The notes: generated by a model not told the origin, from the sequence alone. 63,996 nt of DNA, filler included, from Globobulimina sp. (GCA_003354225.1; 7 parts of 7 records of this genome joined end to end with filler, not necessarily neighbours in it); one strand, 5' to 3'; counted from the whole stretch's first letter, positions 34,467 through 47,578 are shown. A program made the numbers and translations.

Positions 34467-35369
34467 CTATTTGTTCTTTTTATCAGCACAATTTTCGATA
34501 TTGCCATCAATCCCATGGTATGTAATTGGGATATATTGCGATTTCTGGTATAAATTGATTGTCCACCAAATAGAAGCTACAAATATTCCAAAAAACGATA
34601 TTGTATGTACAAACAGCATGATATTATTAAGCAGTAAATCAATAAAATCATGATGCAGATGTCTTTTATGTGACATATTGCCAAAATCAATAATTGCCCA
34701 ATACAGGAACCGATAATATAAACAGCAAACAACCAATAACATTGGTACTATAATTTTACAAATAATCGATCCTATAATCGATATCAAACAAGCTTTTCTG
34801 ATATAATATGTATTCTGAGCATTCTCAGTGAAAATGTGACCTAAACATAAAATAAAAGGGATACATTCATGCAAACCAAGTAAAACAATCACCATATTCA
34901 CATATTGCAATCTATAATGAATAATCACTAAATTCAATAACATTGTCCATCGATAAAAGAGTAATAATTGCAATCGTGAGCAATTCCATACACTTTCATA
35001 AGTTTTTGCAATGTAAAAATATTCAATGACTGCATCAAACACATAATAAGATATTGAAAAAATTACAAAATAGTGAATAACAGGATTTGGTAATGATTGT
35101 TTGTTGACAATGAATCCATGTTTATTATCCTTTGATATTTGACAATCGAATAACGATAACAAATCATTCTTTGATAATAATGCATCATACAACACTATAA
35201 ACGTGCATATAATCAATAAAAATGAATGAATACAAGTGAGAAAGTATTGACTTGCCAATTTTTGTTGAACCTTTAATTGATGTGAGAGTATGTGAGGTAA
35301 TAACATCCAGCTTACAAAGAATAACAATTGGAAACCAGTGAACCATGACAACAGAGGGCCAGTGATCAT
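34467..35369 (-). CDS. TLC (TRAM/LAG1/CLN8)-like multi-TM protein
   Basis: Early ..IHS.., FSISYYVFD and LHE..PF motifs plus the TM pattern. The usual HH motif is not evident. Confidence 0.55.
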   Translation of the reverse strand: MITGPLLSWFTGFQLLFFVSWMLLPHILSHQLKVQQKLASQYFLTCIHSFLLIICTFIVLYDALLSKNDLLSLFDCQISKDNKHGFIVNKQSLPNPVIHYFVIFSISYYVFDAVIEYFYIAKTYESVWNCSRLQLLLFYRWTMLLNLVIIHYRLQYVNMVIVLLGLHECIPFILCLGHIFTENAQNTYYIRKACLISIIGSIICKIIVPMLLVVCCLYYRFLYWAIIDFGNMSHKRHLHHDFIDLLLNNIMLFVHTISFFGIFVASIWWTINLYQKSQYIPITYHGIDGNIENCADKKNK

Positions 35370-35469
35370 TGTCACCTTCACGTTGCTTTTAATCTGGCTC
35401 GTTTGCCATTGTAAATTGAAAACTTCAGGGCTGAATTTTGCACCTTTAGTGTGTCACATTTTTGTTTAA

Positions 35470-36576
35470 ATGTCAACCCAACAATTATTGGTATTTGGTT
35501 ATTGCAGAAACATTGAAAGTATTTTAAATGGTGCAATAATTCCAAACGGAGTGTCAAATTTATGTTTAATATATTATCTATCATCAAACCTGATGTTTTT
35601 TATCTCATATTCAGAGGATATGTTATCCAGAAATTTGCAACTTTTTGAAATGGATTCAAACAAAACTTTTAAATGCAACCACACCTTGTCTGGTAAAGAG
35701 GTTTCAAGCAATATTCACTACCATGAATCAGTATCATTTCCACCAATCATACAAAGAAAATATTTTGATAACACATGTGGAAAAACCTATGATGCACTAT
35801 TTTTGTCATTTGATTCAGAACCTCATGCATTCATTTTTGATCCAATACAATTACAAGGAAAGAATGCAGATGAAACTGTAAAAATATTCGATTGGACATT
35901 ACCAGATATAAATAATTCATATTCTGGAACATTTGAAATCTTTTCTAATAAGAACGGATTGATGAAAATCGGTGGTTATGACTTGCAAAATGATAAAAAC
36001 GAATTTCATCGATTAATATTTGACGGCGAGAGTAATGATTTGGAGATATTAAAATGGGAACAAATGCCAAATATGAAAGCGTCGCGATATAAACCATCGG
36101 CTGTTATTATCAATGGAGATTGCAATGAAAAATTAATTGTAATTGGTGGCTATTACTATGATATGGATAATGCAAAAGGGAAATATCCGACTCTTGTAGA
36201 GATATTTGACTTTGATAAGAATGAATGGAATACATTGAAGCCAATGGACAAACCATTTGAAGAAATGGGAATGTTTTATGATGAGGAATATGATAAACGG
36301 ATATATGTGGCAGGAGGCATTGATTATTCATTGGCTGTTAATTATAATCAAAGAGTGGTGTATTATGATATAAATAAAGATGAATGGTTTGATATAGGAT
36401 TTACGTCAAATAAGCATGTATGTTATCCAGTTTTATGGACTGAAAATAGAAATCTTTTATATATTGCAAGCAGTAGATCTGATGTGGAGTGCAAAGATTT
36501 AAGACAATCAACGGATAAATGGCTTTGTGTAACTGATCATTTTGCAAATAAGTCCGTCAATTTTGTTGTGAAATAA
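35470..36576 (+). CDS. Kelch-repeat protein with an N-terminal LVFGYCR..IP..C..YY motif
   Basis: Repeated IGG/AGG..Y/FD..W Kelch blades (WEQMPNMKASR, VEIFDFDKNEW, YYDINKDEW). Confidence 0.85.
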   Translation: MSTQQLLVFGYCRNIESILNGAIIPNGVSNLCLIYYLSSNLMFFISYSEDMLSRNLQLFEMDSNKTFKCNHTLSGKEVSSNIHYHESVSFPPIIQRKYFDNTCGKTYDALFLSFDSEPHAFIFDPIQLQGKNADETVKIFDWTLPDINNSYSGTFEIFSNKNGLMKIGGYDLQNDKNEFHRLIFDGESNDLEILKWEQMPNMKASRYKPSAVIINGDCNEKLIVIGGYYYDMDNAKGKYPTLVEIFDFDKNEWNTLKPMDKPFEEMGMFYDEEYDKRIYVAGGIDYSLAVNYNQRVVYYDINKDEWFDIGFTSNKHVCYPVLWTENRNLLYIASSRSDVECKDLRQSTDKWLCVTDHFANKSVNFVVK

Positions 36577-36798
36577 GTCACGAATTGTGGGCATTTGTGG
36601 CTGTATTTCCCATAAACACATTAAAAATAAGCAAATGAACAATAGTCTGATAACGTACTTAGTTCTAATGTATTATTGAATTATTTCATACGAATTGGAT
36701 TATTTACAGATATTTACGCAAATCCCATTACCACACTCACTGCAGACCTTTTGGTGATCGGATTTCCACTTTTGGAGTTAATCTCTGACCACAATAAA

Positions 36799-36939
36799 TT
36801 AGCTCAATAGTTGTGTCTGCAGTGCCAGGAGCCTAGGTTTCCTAAATAGTTGCCCATTTTCGTTTTTGTAAGCAACTAAAAAGTCCCGCGCGGCAACTAT
36901 TTAGGAAACCTAGGCTCCACTGCACAACTATTGAGCTAA
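36799..36939. mobile_element. MITE-like foldback element (141 bp)
   Basis: Perfect 27-bp inverted repeat GGAGCCTAGGTTTCCTAAATAGTTGCC (36828-36854 / 36892-36918) inside an outer inverted repeat TTAGCTCAATAGTTGTG (36799-36815 / 36923-36939). Confidence 0.75.
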
Positions 36940-37119
36940 CACAGTTGTAATTTTCTCTCATTTTCAGACATCGCGTTTTGAAGCACTCAATACAACTAAA
37001 AAGAACAAATATGCAATATNNNNNNNNNNNNNNNNNNNNNNNNNNNNNNNNNNNNNNNNNNNNTTAATTAATTAANNNNNNNNNNNNNNNNNNNNNNNNN
37101 NNNNNNNNNNNNNNNNNNN

Positions 37120-38650
37120 CGAATTCAATGCTATTGGATACTGCAATGGGAGCTTCGCTTAATGTATCATTTAAATACAGCGCACATAACTTGCTACATT
37201 GTGATAAATCTATTTTAAATGTATTACCTACAAATTGCAAACGAATAAACTCGATATTGCATGGAAATGAAATGCTTAAATTGTCATTATTCACCACTTT
37301 GGAAGGTATAATGTTATTGATATAACACTCAAATACCATCAAATTATGGCATAATTCGATCATTTGTTTCAATTTATTCTCATTGAATTGACTTAAATTA
37401 GTTAATTCTAAATATTTTATGCACTGTAACTCTGACGCAGTATTTATCCATGATTCTAATATTAAATTATGTATCGCTTGATTTATAGCGATGTGATTTA
37501 ATAATTTATACAGTTTTAATTTATTTAATAAATACCATTTACAGCCTTCTTTGTCATTTATATTATCAATATACAACGATTCAATGTAAGTGCATGATTT
37601 ATTTACTATCGCCGCAAATAAGTTATTCTCCGCATTTTCTTCATTGATATGACTCAAATTCATTTTGATCTCATCGTAGGACTGACCAGAATTTAAATTA
37701 ATTAATTTCAAGCTCTCATAATTTCTGAGATTTGATGGTTTATACCGCGGCGTATTACCGCTATTCGCACGCGGCGTTGAGGCACCACTCAATTGACTGA
37801 AATACGAGCGACGGTTTATTTTCTTCATACTTTGAATGTTCCATTTCTTACAACAGTGCCATAAAAAGGGCACTTTATTGGTGATATCATCAATGTTTCG
37901 TATTTCGTATTTAATGACATTTGGACCGTTTAATAGAAGGTCTTCGTCAAACTGTCGACGAATGGATAATGAATCATTGCGTGGCGGCATGAATGGTGTA
38001 CCCACTGCTTTATTAATGATATAAAAATGTCGCAAATCATGATTTATAACAATCCATAATACAGCAACAGCTTCGTTCGAATTCTGTAATAATACGCGAT
38101 CCAATGTCGTTTGAACAGTATATTGTCTGTAGATGGATGGATATTTGTTCATAATCACACGAAATGTGCGCGAAATGCATGGTATTTTAGGGTAATGGTT
38201 GGATGGTAGAAACTTTATGATGTTTACTAATATATCATCACAGAATATCTCTTCCAATGAGGCTGCTTGGAGGTATAATTGAGATAACAATGATCTGTTG
38301 CTGTTCGTTGCGGTTTGCTTTGGTTTTTGTGTTTTTCGTAAGTTTTTTAATTGATTTGATAAGATTTTCTTCAATTTGTTGATTGGTAATAAATGGTGTA
38401 TTAAATTGTGTAAATCGTAATATGTTTTTGCTCCATTTATTTGTTGATTTAAATAACTAAAAATAGAGTCTTGGTCGAATATTTTTGAAGATGGAATTAT
38501 TTCGGTCATATTGTAATGGTCTAGATCTTGGTCTGATTGTTGGGTCAAGGATTTGTTTAACAGCGTGTACGTGTGCTTGTTCCTACGGTGGGTTTGTTTG
38601 TGTTCGGTGTAATTTGCTTCGAATTCGTCAAAAAAACATGAACAAAACAT
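37120..38650 (-). CDS. F-box-like + LRR-like protein (3' truncated)
   Basis: SLEEIFCDDILVNIIKFLP..IPCISRTFR resembles an F-box; LxxLxL repeats toward the C-terminus. Confidence 0.6.
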
Positions 38651-38799
38651 TGCTATTGCATGTCATGAAGAAAAGTTTTTTGTTGTTAAATAAAACAGAT
38701 TTTCGCACATGATTAATAAATCCGAATACGTAGAAATGAATAGCTATGTACTGACCGAACGAAAATATTTATTTACACTGTTTTTAATCAACTGCTTTA

Positions 38800-41700
38800 T
38801 TACCAATCAATTCTTCTATAATCCTTTAAGAATACACCACAATATGGTTTGCCTCGAAGTCCGCACCAAATCGGATGTAAGACGCGTGCGGCGCCATCAA
38901 TTTCATCTAACGGTGGATGAAATATATAATTATTTTTATCATGCTCATTGTTCTCATTTTTATTCTGATCATTGGACAAATATTCTTTACTCCGCTGAAA
39001 TATTTTTGATTTAATCCGTCTTTTCAATGGCAATTCATCGGTGACCCAGCCCGTATCCACAGAAACCATAAATATATTATGATGGTGCGCCAATTTGAGC
39101 GAACTTGTTCTTGTCAACATATTTAACGCAGCTTTTGCCATATTTGTATGTGGATGGGTCCCTTGTTTGAAAAAATGAAATCTCCCCTCCATTGCTGAGA
39201 CATTTATAATAAATGAACATGGAACTGATTTATTATGACTATTCTCCCGAGCTCGCAATCGAGTATTTATTTCTTTCCATATCTCCTCAGTTTGCTTTAC
39301 ACCTCGATTCCTATATTGATTGTTGTGAATATTATTCGCATACTTAAATCTCATTTCTTTTTTATTTGACAATAATGGAATTAATTGGTTCACAAACAAG
39401 AATGGAACAAATTGATTCACCATAATAGTTTCCAGAATTTCAACCGGATGAATATTGCCAACTGTTGCCGTCCACGAGTTATTTGTGCGTAAATCGATTG
39501 GCTGTGAATGTTCATCGTAATCACCCAAATCTCCCTATACTTTATTTAGAATATTATCCGCTTTAAAACTCTCTTTTTCATCGATATCCGATTTATATTT
39601 GTATTTTATTGCTTTCTTCTCGTTTGAATTGCTTTCAATCCCTAATGGTGGCGCGACGTCATTTGAATCTGTAAAATGTTCATATTGAATGACTAATTTC
39701 TGCGGTATATTTGCTGGCAATTTTTTCTTTTCAATTTCAATGATATCCTTATAAAAATCTGGTGTTCTACGTACAGTGGTCGCTGCGTTGTTGATTAAAA
39801 AATCAATGTGTTTGTAGGTCGATGTTATATATTTTATAAACTTATCCACTGAATTTAAGCGACAAAAATCTAATCCTAAAATGCATAAATTGTCCTGCCA
39901 TAATTTAAAATCTTTCTCAGAGGAATATTTAACGGCGGCATACCGTGGAAATCGTGTGGTTACAATCACACTGCATTGCGAACGTAGTAATTTCAATGCA
40001 ATCTCATATCCAATTTTCACGCGACCGCCGGTGACAATGGCCACTTTATTCCGACATGAATGTGCGTCAAAACGTTGATAAAAATTATAATCTCCGCACT
40101 TTCGACACAGTGAATCATAAAAAAAATGTAAGCGAGTGTATGATTTCTTGCACACGTAACATTTTCGCGAGAAATTTAATGTGTCACTTTCTAAATCTTC
40201 GTTGTTCGCATTACTTGAACCAAATACATGTGGTAATCTTTCATGTGGTAATAATTCAGGTGCTGGTTCTAACGGTGATTGATTGTTATAAATATCAAAT
40301 CTACCTTGTGCATTATTTGTATTTTTGATAATATTATTTTTAACTGTTTTGTGTGCGCGTTTACGAATATTTTTGTTGCAAATAAATTTTGGACGGTCAA
40401 TGCTGTCATTACCAGCATCTTTGACCAAACGAGGAGAAAATTGATTTTCTTTGGAATTTCTATATACCGAACGTATTGATAACGAATCAATTTCAGCTCC
40501 ACTTAAATTATTTGCATTTTTCACATTTCCGTGCCAACGAATCTCACCTAAATTTGTATAAATTTTCTGTTTAACAATACGTTCATATCTCAATTCATTG
40601 CTTACTCCAATATCTATATTATTATTCGCATCCATTTTCATATCATCGTCAATAATATTTTTGTTTTCTTTCGATTCATTCAATTTTTCATTTTCTTGAC
40701 AAATCTGTGAAATGTACTTCAATATTGCATTATTTTTGATTTTTTCATTTCTATCCAATACAACATGCACCATTTGATAATTACCATTTTTATTTGCATT
40801 TTGCAACACTGACAATATGGATCGTGCGCCAATATCAGTTATCTCATTCGCTGCTAAACACAACCTCTGAAAGTTTGAATTGCAAACAGATTCATTATTG
40901 GCCAACGTGACAGCCAACACTTGAGCAAATATGCAAGCTCCGCGGTCACTAATTCTATTTGCTTTGGCCCCAATTACACTTGTATGCGAATTCAGTGCAT
41001 TCCCAAAATCCAAATACTTTAAATTCGGATGCGATGTAATAATCCATGCAAGCGCAATGGCGCCGTCATCACCGATATTGCAAGCCTTCAACGACAATAT
41101 TTCAATTTGCGGCGCAGTTAACAAAATCTTGGACAATTCGATTGCACCCAAATCACAAATGTCATTGCCTGACAAAAATATCTCCTTCAAATGCACACAA
41201 CTTATAAACATTTTCGATAACCATTTGCTGATAAATGCCACATTGTGAATGTTCAACGCAGCTAAAAAGATGCGTTGCAAAGCACTATGTTTCCAATTAT
41301 CCGCCAAACCATTTATTATATGAATCAAACCTTGTCACAGAGCAATGTTTATCGACATTTCCAAGTATATATATATAAAGTCACAGACCTTGTTCTTGTA
41401 CACCAGTACTCACTAAATCAAGTGTACGCAAACATGTATTGTTGCGTAACATATTTGCAATATACTTACTTCCCTCAATGCCAATCGAGTTCCTTTTTAG
41501 CCACAAACCACGCACATTCTTATTCAATTGTAAACTGTCTGCTATTGCACCAATTCCATCTGTTTTAATTGAGTTGCAGCCCAAAGATATCGTTGTTAAG
41601 TTTGCGTGACTTTGTTTAATTAAATCAGCGATTGCTTTCGCACCATTATCACCAATGCCATTTGCACCTAACAACAATGCAGAGATCTTATCATTTTCTG

Positions 41701-42765
41701 CCATTGCTTTGCAAATTAACTCTGCATTGATGGGCCCAAGTTGCTGTTTGCATAAATCCAATCTCTGCGTACCATCAGAATCACAAATAATTGTCCCTTT
41801 CGCAAATGGCGTTGTACAGCTGGCACAAACATTCATTTTGATAAAGTTTAGAACTTCCCCCAATTCGGCAGCGGTGCATGTTGTTAACGTTTCAGTTTCA
41901 TTGTGATCAGTATTTAATGCAATGTTGATAGCTCCATCAGCATCTTTGTCAGGTACTGGTTCATTGATAATATGGTCAGTGCATACATCAATATCACCGT
42001 CATATTGTATGGCATTTTTAATTGGATTGGATTTTAGCTCCAAAGTTTGCCGAAATTGTTCGGATTTATTGGCTCTTTCCTTTCTTGCTAATCTTATGCC
42101 GGATTTCATTTTGAGTTTGTTATCTTTGGTATGTAAATGCGATAATCGGTGTCTTTTATGTGAGTGCGATGATTGTACTAATTGGGATGATGAGGAATTT
42201 GTTATGTCGGATAATTGTCGTAAATATGAATGAATTGGATTAAATAATGGTGTATTTAATATTTGCGGTGATTTTTTGATTTTTTTTAAGATTTTTATAC
42301 ATGAAAATACTTCTTCAGTGGTTACATGATCATTATACAGCGGCTCTGTCCTATTTTGGTTATTGTTTTGGTGCTGTTCTGTGTCATTCGCGAATTGGTA
42401 AATTTTTGATAATTTTTTGTTTTTTTGTTCGTATTTGTCATTCATAACATTTTCTTCATCATTTGAGGATATGGTTTCTTGGTTTAATGCAAAATATGAA
42501 TCTTCATCGTCTGAGTCATCACAGTCTGCTTTTTTTATCATATCAGGCGTCTATTATATGTTTATGTGTTGTATGCATTTGTTGAGAATGATATAGTTTA
42601 CTAAACAGGAAATAGACGATTTGAATTCCTATCTAACCATTCCCATTTGTCGTGTCTCACTAATATTTTATCTTTGTTTAGTTTATAGATTTCTGCATCT
42701 ATCTGCTGTTCGTTATACAATAATGACACAATATCTCCTTCTGTTAATGTCTTTGTTTGTTCCAT
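38800..42765 (-). CDS. Tudor/chromo-barrel-like + LRR + Cys-cluster + short-chain dehydrogenase fusion; exons 42765-42607, 42550-41389, 41330-38800 (in-frame TAG at 39535-39537)
   Basis: GT-AG introns 42551-42606 and 41331-41388 join the ORFs in frame. RI-type LRRs (LLLGANGIGDNGAKAIA), CYVCK..LCRKC, VTGGRVKIG, LINNAA, HTNMAKAALNM. Confidence 0.8.
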
Positions 42766-42865
42766 GCACTTTCGATTTGGCAAAATGTGAGATCAAATAA
42801 CCTTCAAAACACTAAGAAATCAAAGCATGGCAACAGAAACGATTTCTGACAATGTTAATAACAAA

Positions 42866-43798
42866 TTATCGCTGAGGATCTGATCTTGGACAAAAGCAGC
42901 ACAATTTCTGATATATCCAGGAAGCAACTTTTTGCTGCAAAAATAAACACCAAACTTCAATCATTAAACATATTGGAATCAACAAAATTACATAATTATA
43001 TTCCTTTTTGTTATTCCAATTATCAACAAGTACCAGACAATATGCTATGCATCCAATCAAGAAAAACATTGTTCCAAATAACCACAAAAAAAACATTTTT
43101 TTAAATACTATCATAAATCTGGAGTATCGCAATGAATTCGAATTGTCTGCTTTGTGTGTTTTGGTATACGTAACATCGAGAAACTGAGAATATATTAAAG
43201 TTATGACAGATGTCGGGATATGCAATTTGTTACACTGTTGTCTAATATATCCATGCGTCATTAACTCCTTTTGTTCCGATGAGTATTGATGTTCTGTCAA
43301 CAATTTAATTTGTTCAAAACCGTTTGCCACATTCAAACTTCTCAATATTTTCATGAATTTATGTACGCGAAATATCTCATAAAAACAAAGAATAATTAAT
43401 AATACGATTAACAAATAGATTTGAAAAAAATAAGCAATTATCCATAATGCTGAAATGATTAAAATAACAGCGGAATATATTTTCAATTTCTTTGATGAAT
43501 CTTCAAATACAGAAGAATGCAGCATTGCAAAAATTCGCAATACATTTGTCATTAAATATGATGCACAGACCATACACCATACTATTAATTGAAATGCTGC
43601 AGTGTTTGGTGCAAAAAATAGACATAAATATGCAATTACAGAGATTGTATGGCAAATATAAACAATTGTTATCCGTTTTTGAAATCCGAGCAGCGGTATT
43701 TTTCTGTATTGCATACATTTGATGACACTAAAAATTGCTATAAATGCACATGACACCACTGCGATAATTGATGAATATTGAAGAACCAGTAGCAACAT
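42866..43798 (-). CDS. Multi-pass (about 7 TM) membrane protein with an inserted GYIR..IP..I..Y motif
   Basis: Hydrophobic segment pattern; the loop motif LMTHGYIRQ..IPTSVITLIY resembles the N-terminus of 35470-36576. Confidence 0.65.
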   Translation of the reverse strand: MLLLVLQYSSIIAVVSCAFIAIFSVIKCMQYRKIPLLGFQKRITIVYICHTISVIAYLCLFFAPNTAAFQLIVWCMVCASYLMTNVLRIFAMLHSSVFEDSSKKLKIYSAVILIISALWIIAYFFQIYLLIVLLIILCFYEIFRVHKFMKILRSLNVANGFEQIKLLTEHQYSSEQKELMTHGYIRQQCNKLHIPTSVITLIYSQFLDVTYTKTHKADNSNSLRYSRFMIVFKKMFFLWLFGTMFFLIGCIAYCLVLVDNWNNKKEYNYVILLIPICLMIEVWCLFLQQKVASWIYQKLCCFCPRSDPQR

Positions 43799-43873
43799 TG
43801 TATTATCTAAAATCTTCTCAAGAAAAACATCTTACAGTGAAGTAAAAGTAAAAAAACCTTATTTACACATATC

Positions 43874-45975
43874 ATGGCAACTGGAACTGTTCTTCCAGTA
43901 CATAGAAAAATACAGGAAGAAGGGTGGCTAGAACATCAAAGTTATTCACATATAGATGGGGTACATTGGACGCGGCAATGGGTGGTTGCAACTCACACTG
44001 CGGTCTATGTATACGATAATTACAAAGTTTTGTAAACTTTATTTTTTGAAATAATTGTACGTTAACGTTGATATACAATTTTGCAAATAAGTGTTATAAA
44101 AATGCAAAACAAATTATTCATGGAACAGATATGTTATCGGCGGAACCGTTAGATGGCGGAATTGGTGGACAGAATCTTTTGTGCATCAAAACAAATAAAG
44201 AAACAGTATATTTTAAATGTATTGGATATTCAGAGCAAAATAGTTGGAAACACAGCTTAAATGTATGTAAGAACAGTATAAAAATTCCAATTTCTGTTCA
44301 ATGTGCAACAACAACAAATTACAATTCTAATTTTGAGCTAACCGTACCATATTATGTTGGATATTCGTTTCATGAAATTATTAAAGATATTATTGCTTAC
44401 TTGCATGTTACATATATTCCAATTAAATTCGCTCCAAAAACTATTCATTCAAACTCATTCTGTAGAAAGAAAATTGATTTTACTGCTCATGACTGGGATG
44501 ATTGGAACTGTCGCGATAAATTATATCATGGGCTTAAAACCACTGATTTCCCAAAGAATAATGTCATAAAAAATGGCATAAAATTAGAGGTTGATATTGA
44601 TACAAAACAACAACAAACAAAAACAGCACAGGTTAAAAGAATGGAGAAGAAAACTTCTGAAAATGAAGAAGAAAAAAAGAAAAAAAATGAGATGAAAAAA
44701 TGGTTGGTAGAAAATGAACATAATGAATTGTTATGGGATCGCTTGAAGAATTCTGATCGAAGGGAAAGGTATAAATTTCAACAATTACGAATGGAGTCAA
44801 TGGACTCAAAACATTTGAGCATTACATTGCAAACACAATATATCAAAGAAAATGAAATCCGGATAAAAGAATTGTTACAGAAAGTAAATTGCAACACACA
44901 TTTAGCTGATAAATTAGTGAAAATATTAAATGATTGTGCACTAATTCGGGTTACTGGAGTTCATGAAGAGATCCTTCGAATGATTGTTAACTTTGTGACA
45001 GTCAATGGTTTAATGCCTATATATTATACTTTGCCATGTTTGCCGTTGTTTCATCCAATTACTCTCAATGACGACACAAAGAAGCTCTATTATAATACGT
45101 TGAAAATATGGTGGAATGAGGTGAGAGTATCTCGTAATCATTGGGGCGCGTTTCAGCCGAAGTATATTGAGAGTGCAGCTGTGGAGTTTACTCAATTTCT
45201 CACCAAACGATTAACGGAAAATGGAGATATGTTGAAATATTATTTAGTGCCACATATGACAATGGATAAAACATATAATATATGGAATTCACAGGAAATG
45301 TTATCATTTCAATTAGGAAATCGGCACTGTAAATGTGTGGGTGGTGTCGAATTATTTCAAAGATTGTATTTAGAGGCAGCTGTTGAGGGATTCTTTGGTT
45401 TGGGTCACTGTTTTGTCGCAGATTTACAACATATTAATGAATCACATGGAGACAATTGGTGCTTTGATGGGAATGGATATGTGTTAATGGCAGATAATAG
45501 CTTTAAAAAAGTATGTAATTTAGTTGTTGGAGATATGGTGAGATCATTTCCCAATTTTGTATCAAGAATTGTATGCTGCATTACTTCCAATATAAATGAT
45601 CGAATTGAAATGGTTGAGTTGAAGAATAATTGTTGGATTACATTTGAACATCCGGTGTTAATTAAAAATGGTGATTGTGGTATTATTGATGGATATGATG
45701 GCTTAAATACATTGGATACTGATGAAATTAAAAAATATAACTTATTATGGGTACTACCAAAGCAAATATCATTAATTCAATTAAGATATCAAGATAAAAT
45801 CTATAATTTTATGTTAGATTCGCATCATACAATAAATGTGAATGGAAATTGGTGTTGTACATTGGGACATGATTATAAAGGGGAAATTATATATCATCCA
45901 TTTTGGGGAAATTCTGCTGCTCTTAAATCGTTTTTAAAATCAAAATGTGAGACATATCCACACGTTGTTTTCTGA
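43874..45975 (+). CDS. PH domain + C-terminal Hint (Vint-type) domain protein; exons 43874-44026, 44092-45975
   Basis: PH: EEGWL..WTRQWVV..VYVY..YFKC..EQNSWKHSL, joined by a 65-bp intron. Hint from Cys at 45460: CFDG..VLMAD..K.V..L.VGD.V, ITFEHPV, YNFMLD..H...VNG..C.TLGH..HPFWG. Confidence 0.88.
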
Positions 45976-46375
45976 GTTGTCTCGTACACGGTCTTTCGGA
46001 CCAGTTTTTAATAAATATATTGAGCAGAGGTTGAGCTATATCAATCGTTCTAAATACCCATAAAAAGCGTATACATTTCATTCGACAATTTGTACTGCCA
46101 AAAATTAAAAAAGTCAATAATTGGATAAAAATGTTTCTAGCTCATGACATCATTCATACACATAGTCTGCAAATTTTGTGCACACAATGTTTATAAGCAG
46201 CATATAAAATATGATCTGTTCCTTTCAATATTGTTTCAAACAAATTATTTAATAAATCCATAAAGGTTCCACCAGNNNNNNNNNNNNNNNNNNNNNNNNN
46301 NNNNNNNNNNNNNNNNNNNTTAATTAATTAANNNNNNNNNNNNNNNNNNNNNNNNNNNNNNNNNNNNNNNNNNNN

Positions 46376-47300
46376 CTGCAGTCACTGCTTTTTTTAATTT
46401 TTGTTTTCTCCGCGATGATCTCTGTCGTTTTGGCGGTGGTTGACCGGTACTTTGACTCTGTTTCTGTTTATTATTCCGATTTGTGTTTATTTCATCAAAT
46501 TTCCTTTTCCGTGTATTGACATTGACAGTCACCACATTTTTGTGTGTTTCATGCCGAGCCACATTTGGTGAGTTTGAGTCGGATTTCAGCACTTTTTTTT
46601 TATGCCTTTTGTGTGGTTTTTTTACCGGCGTTAAACTGGCCGATACGCTCACATTTGAAGGGTGATTTTCGTTTGTTTGCATTGATGCTTTTCGATTAAA
46701 TCTCAGCATCGCAGTCTTGTGCGCAGATGAATTATCCGCACATATTTTCCTTATAATGGTGGGTACGCTGATTACACCGTCCTTGGTTTGCAGGTTTGTG
46801 AATGCTTTTTGTTGAATATTGACATATTTACCACTGCCATCTGGGAAGTCAATGGTTATATTTTGACTATTTGTATGTGGTAATTGTCGTATTTTTGCAT
46901 TGTAATAGACAGTGGTGAAGGAAGTGTCTGCGTTTTGAAACAATGCAAATATGGCATCACCATTTTTGAGTGGTTTGTGTCTGTAATTGGGATCATCCCA
47001 AGCGACGATTAAGTAGACATCTTTCCAGTATCTATGGGATGGCTCGCCTTGGCCGTCAATGTCCTCAAACTTAACACTGCGTAGTTAGTGGGTATAGAAT
47101 AAGGAAAATTGGGAGTAGAGCAAGGAGAAATTATATGCATACTAGTTAGCATCAAAAGTCATTATGGTTGTTAAGGCTACACCGCTGGCTAAGGTTGGAT
47201 CGTCGCGCGAGGGGAGAACAGTGCATCCAACGACGGATTGTTTGTGGAGACGGGTTGGATCGAGTGTAATTGCATTTTTCTTTTTCCTGTGTGCCATGTT
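46376..47300 (-). CDS. Sgf29-type tandem Tudor-like protein with a basic NLS-rich tail (5' end unclear; intron about 47077-47143; 3' truncated)
   Basis: Spliced reading YVKFEDID..GDAIFALF..TTVYYNAKI..ITIDF resembles Sgf29 YEVDDID..VLALYPQTTCFYRA.I..YSVLF; PPPKRQR NLS. Confidence 0.55.
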
Positions 47301-47550
47301 CAATTTGAATTATTGATAGTTTTCAGAGTTAACATTTTCTTTTCTAAGATATCCAGCGTTGTCAGACTTGTCAGCATCTTTGAATTAAGCACTGAAGTAT
47401 CTTGTTTAAATCTGCCATGATTTGGATTCATTGTATTTGGTTCATTGTATTTGGTAACTATCCTATCCTATATGTCCTACTATATTCATTTGTTTGTTCC
47501 CATAATTTCATGACGGTAATAAACCAGATGTTTATATATCACATACCTGC

Positions 47551-47573
47551 GCCACGTATAGCCGAGTGGTTAA
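47551..47573 (+). pseudogene. 5' fragment of a tRNA (acceptor arm + D-loop/A box)
   Basis: GCCACGTATAGCCGAGTGGTTAA ends abruptly 5 nt before the intact tRNA. Confidence 0.5.
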
Positions 47574-47578
47574 TTTAA

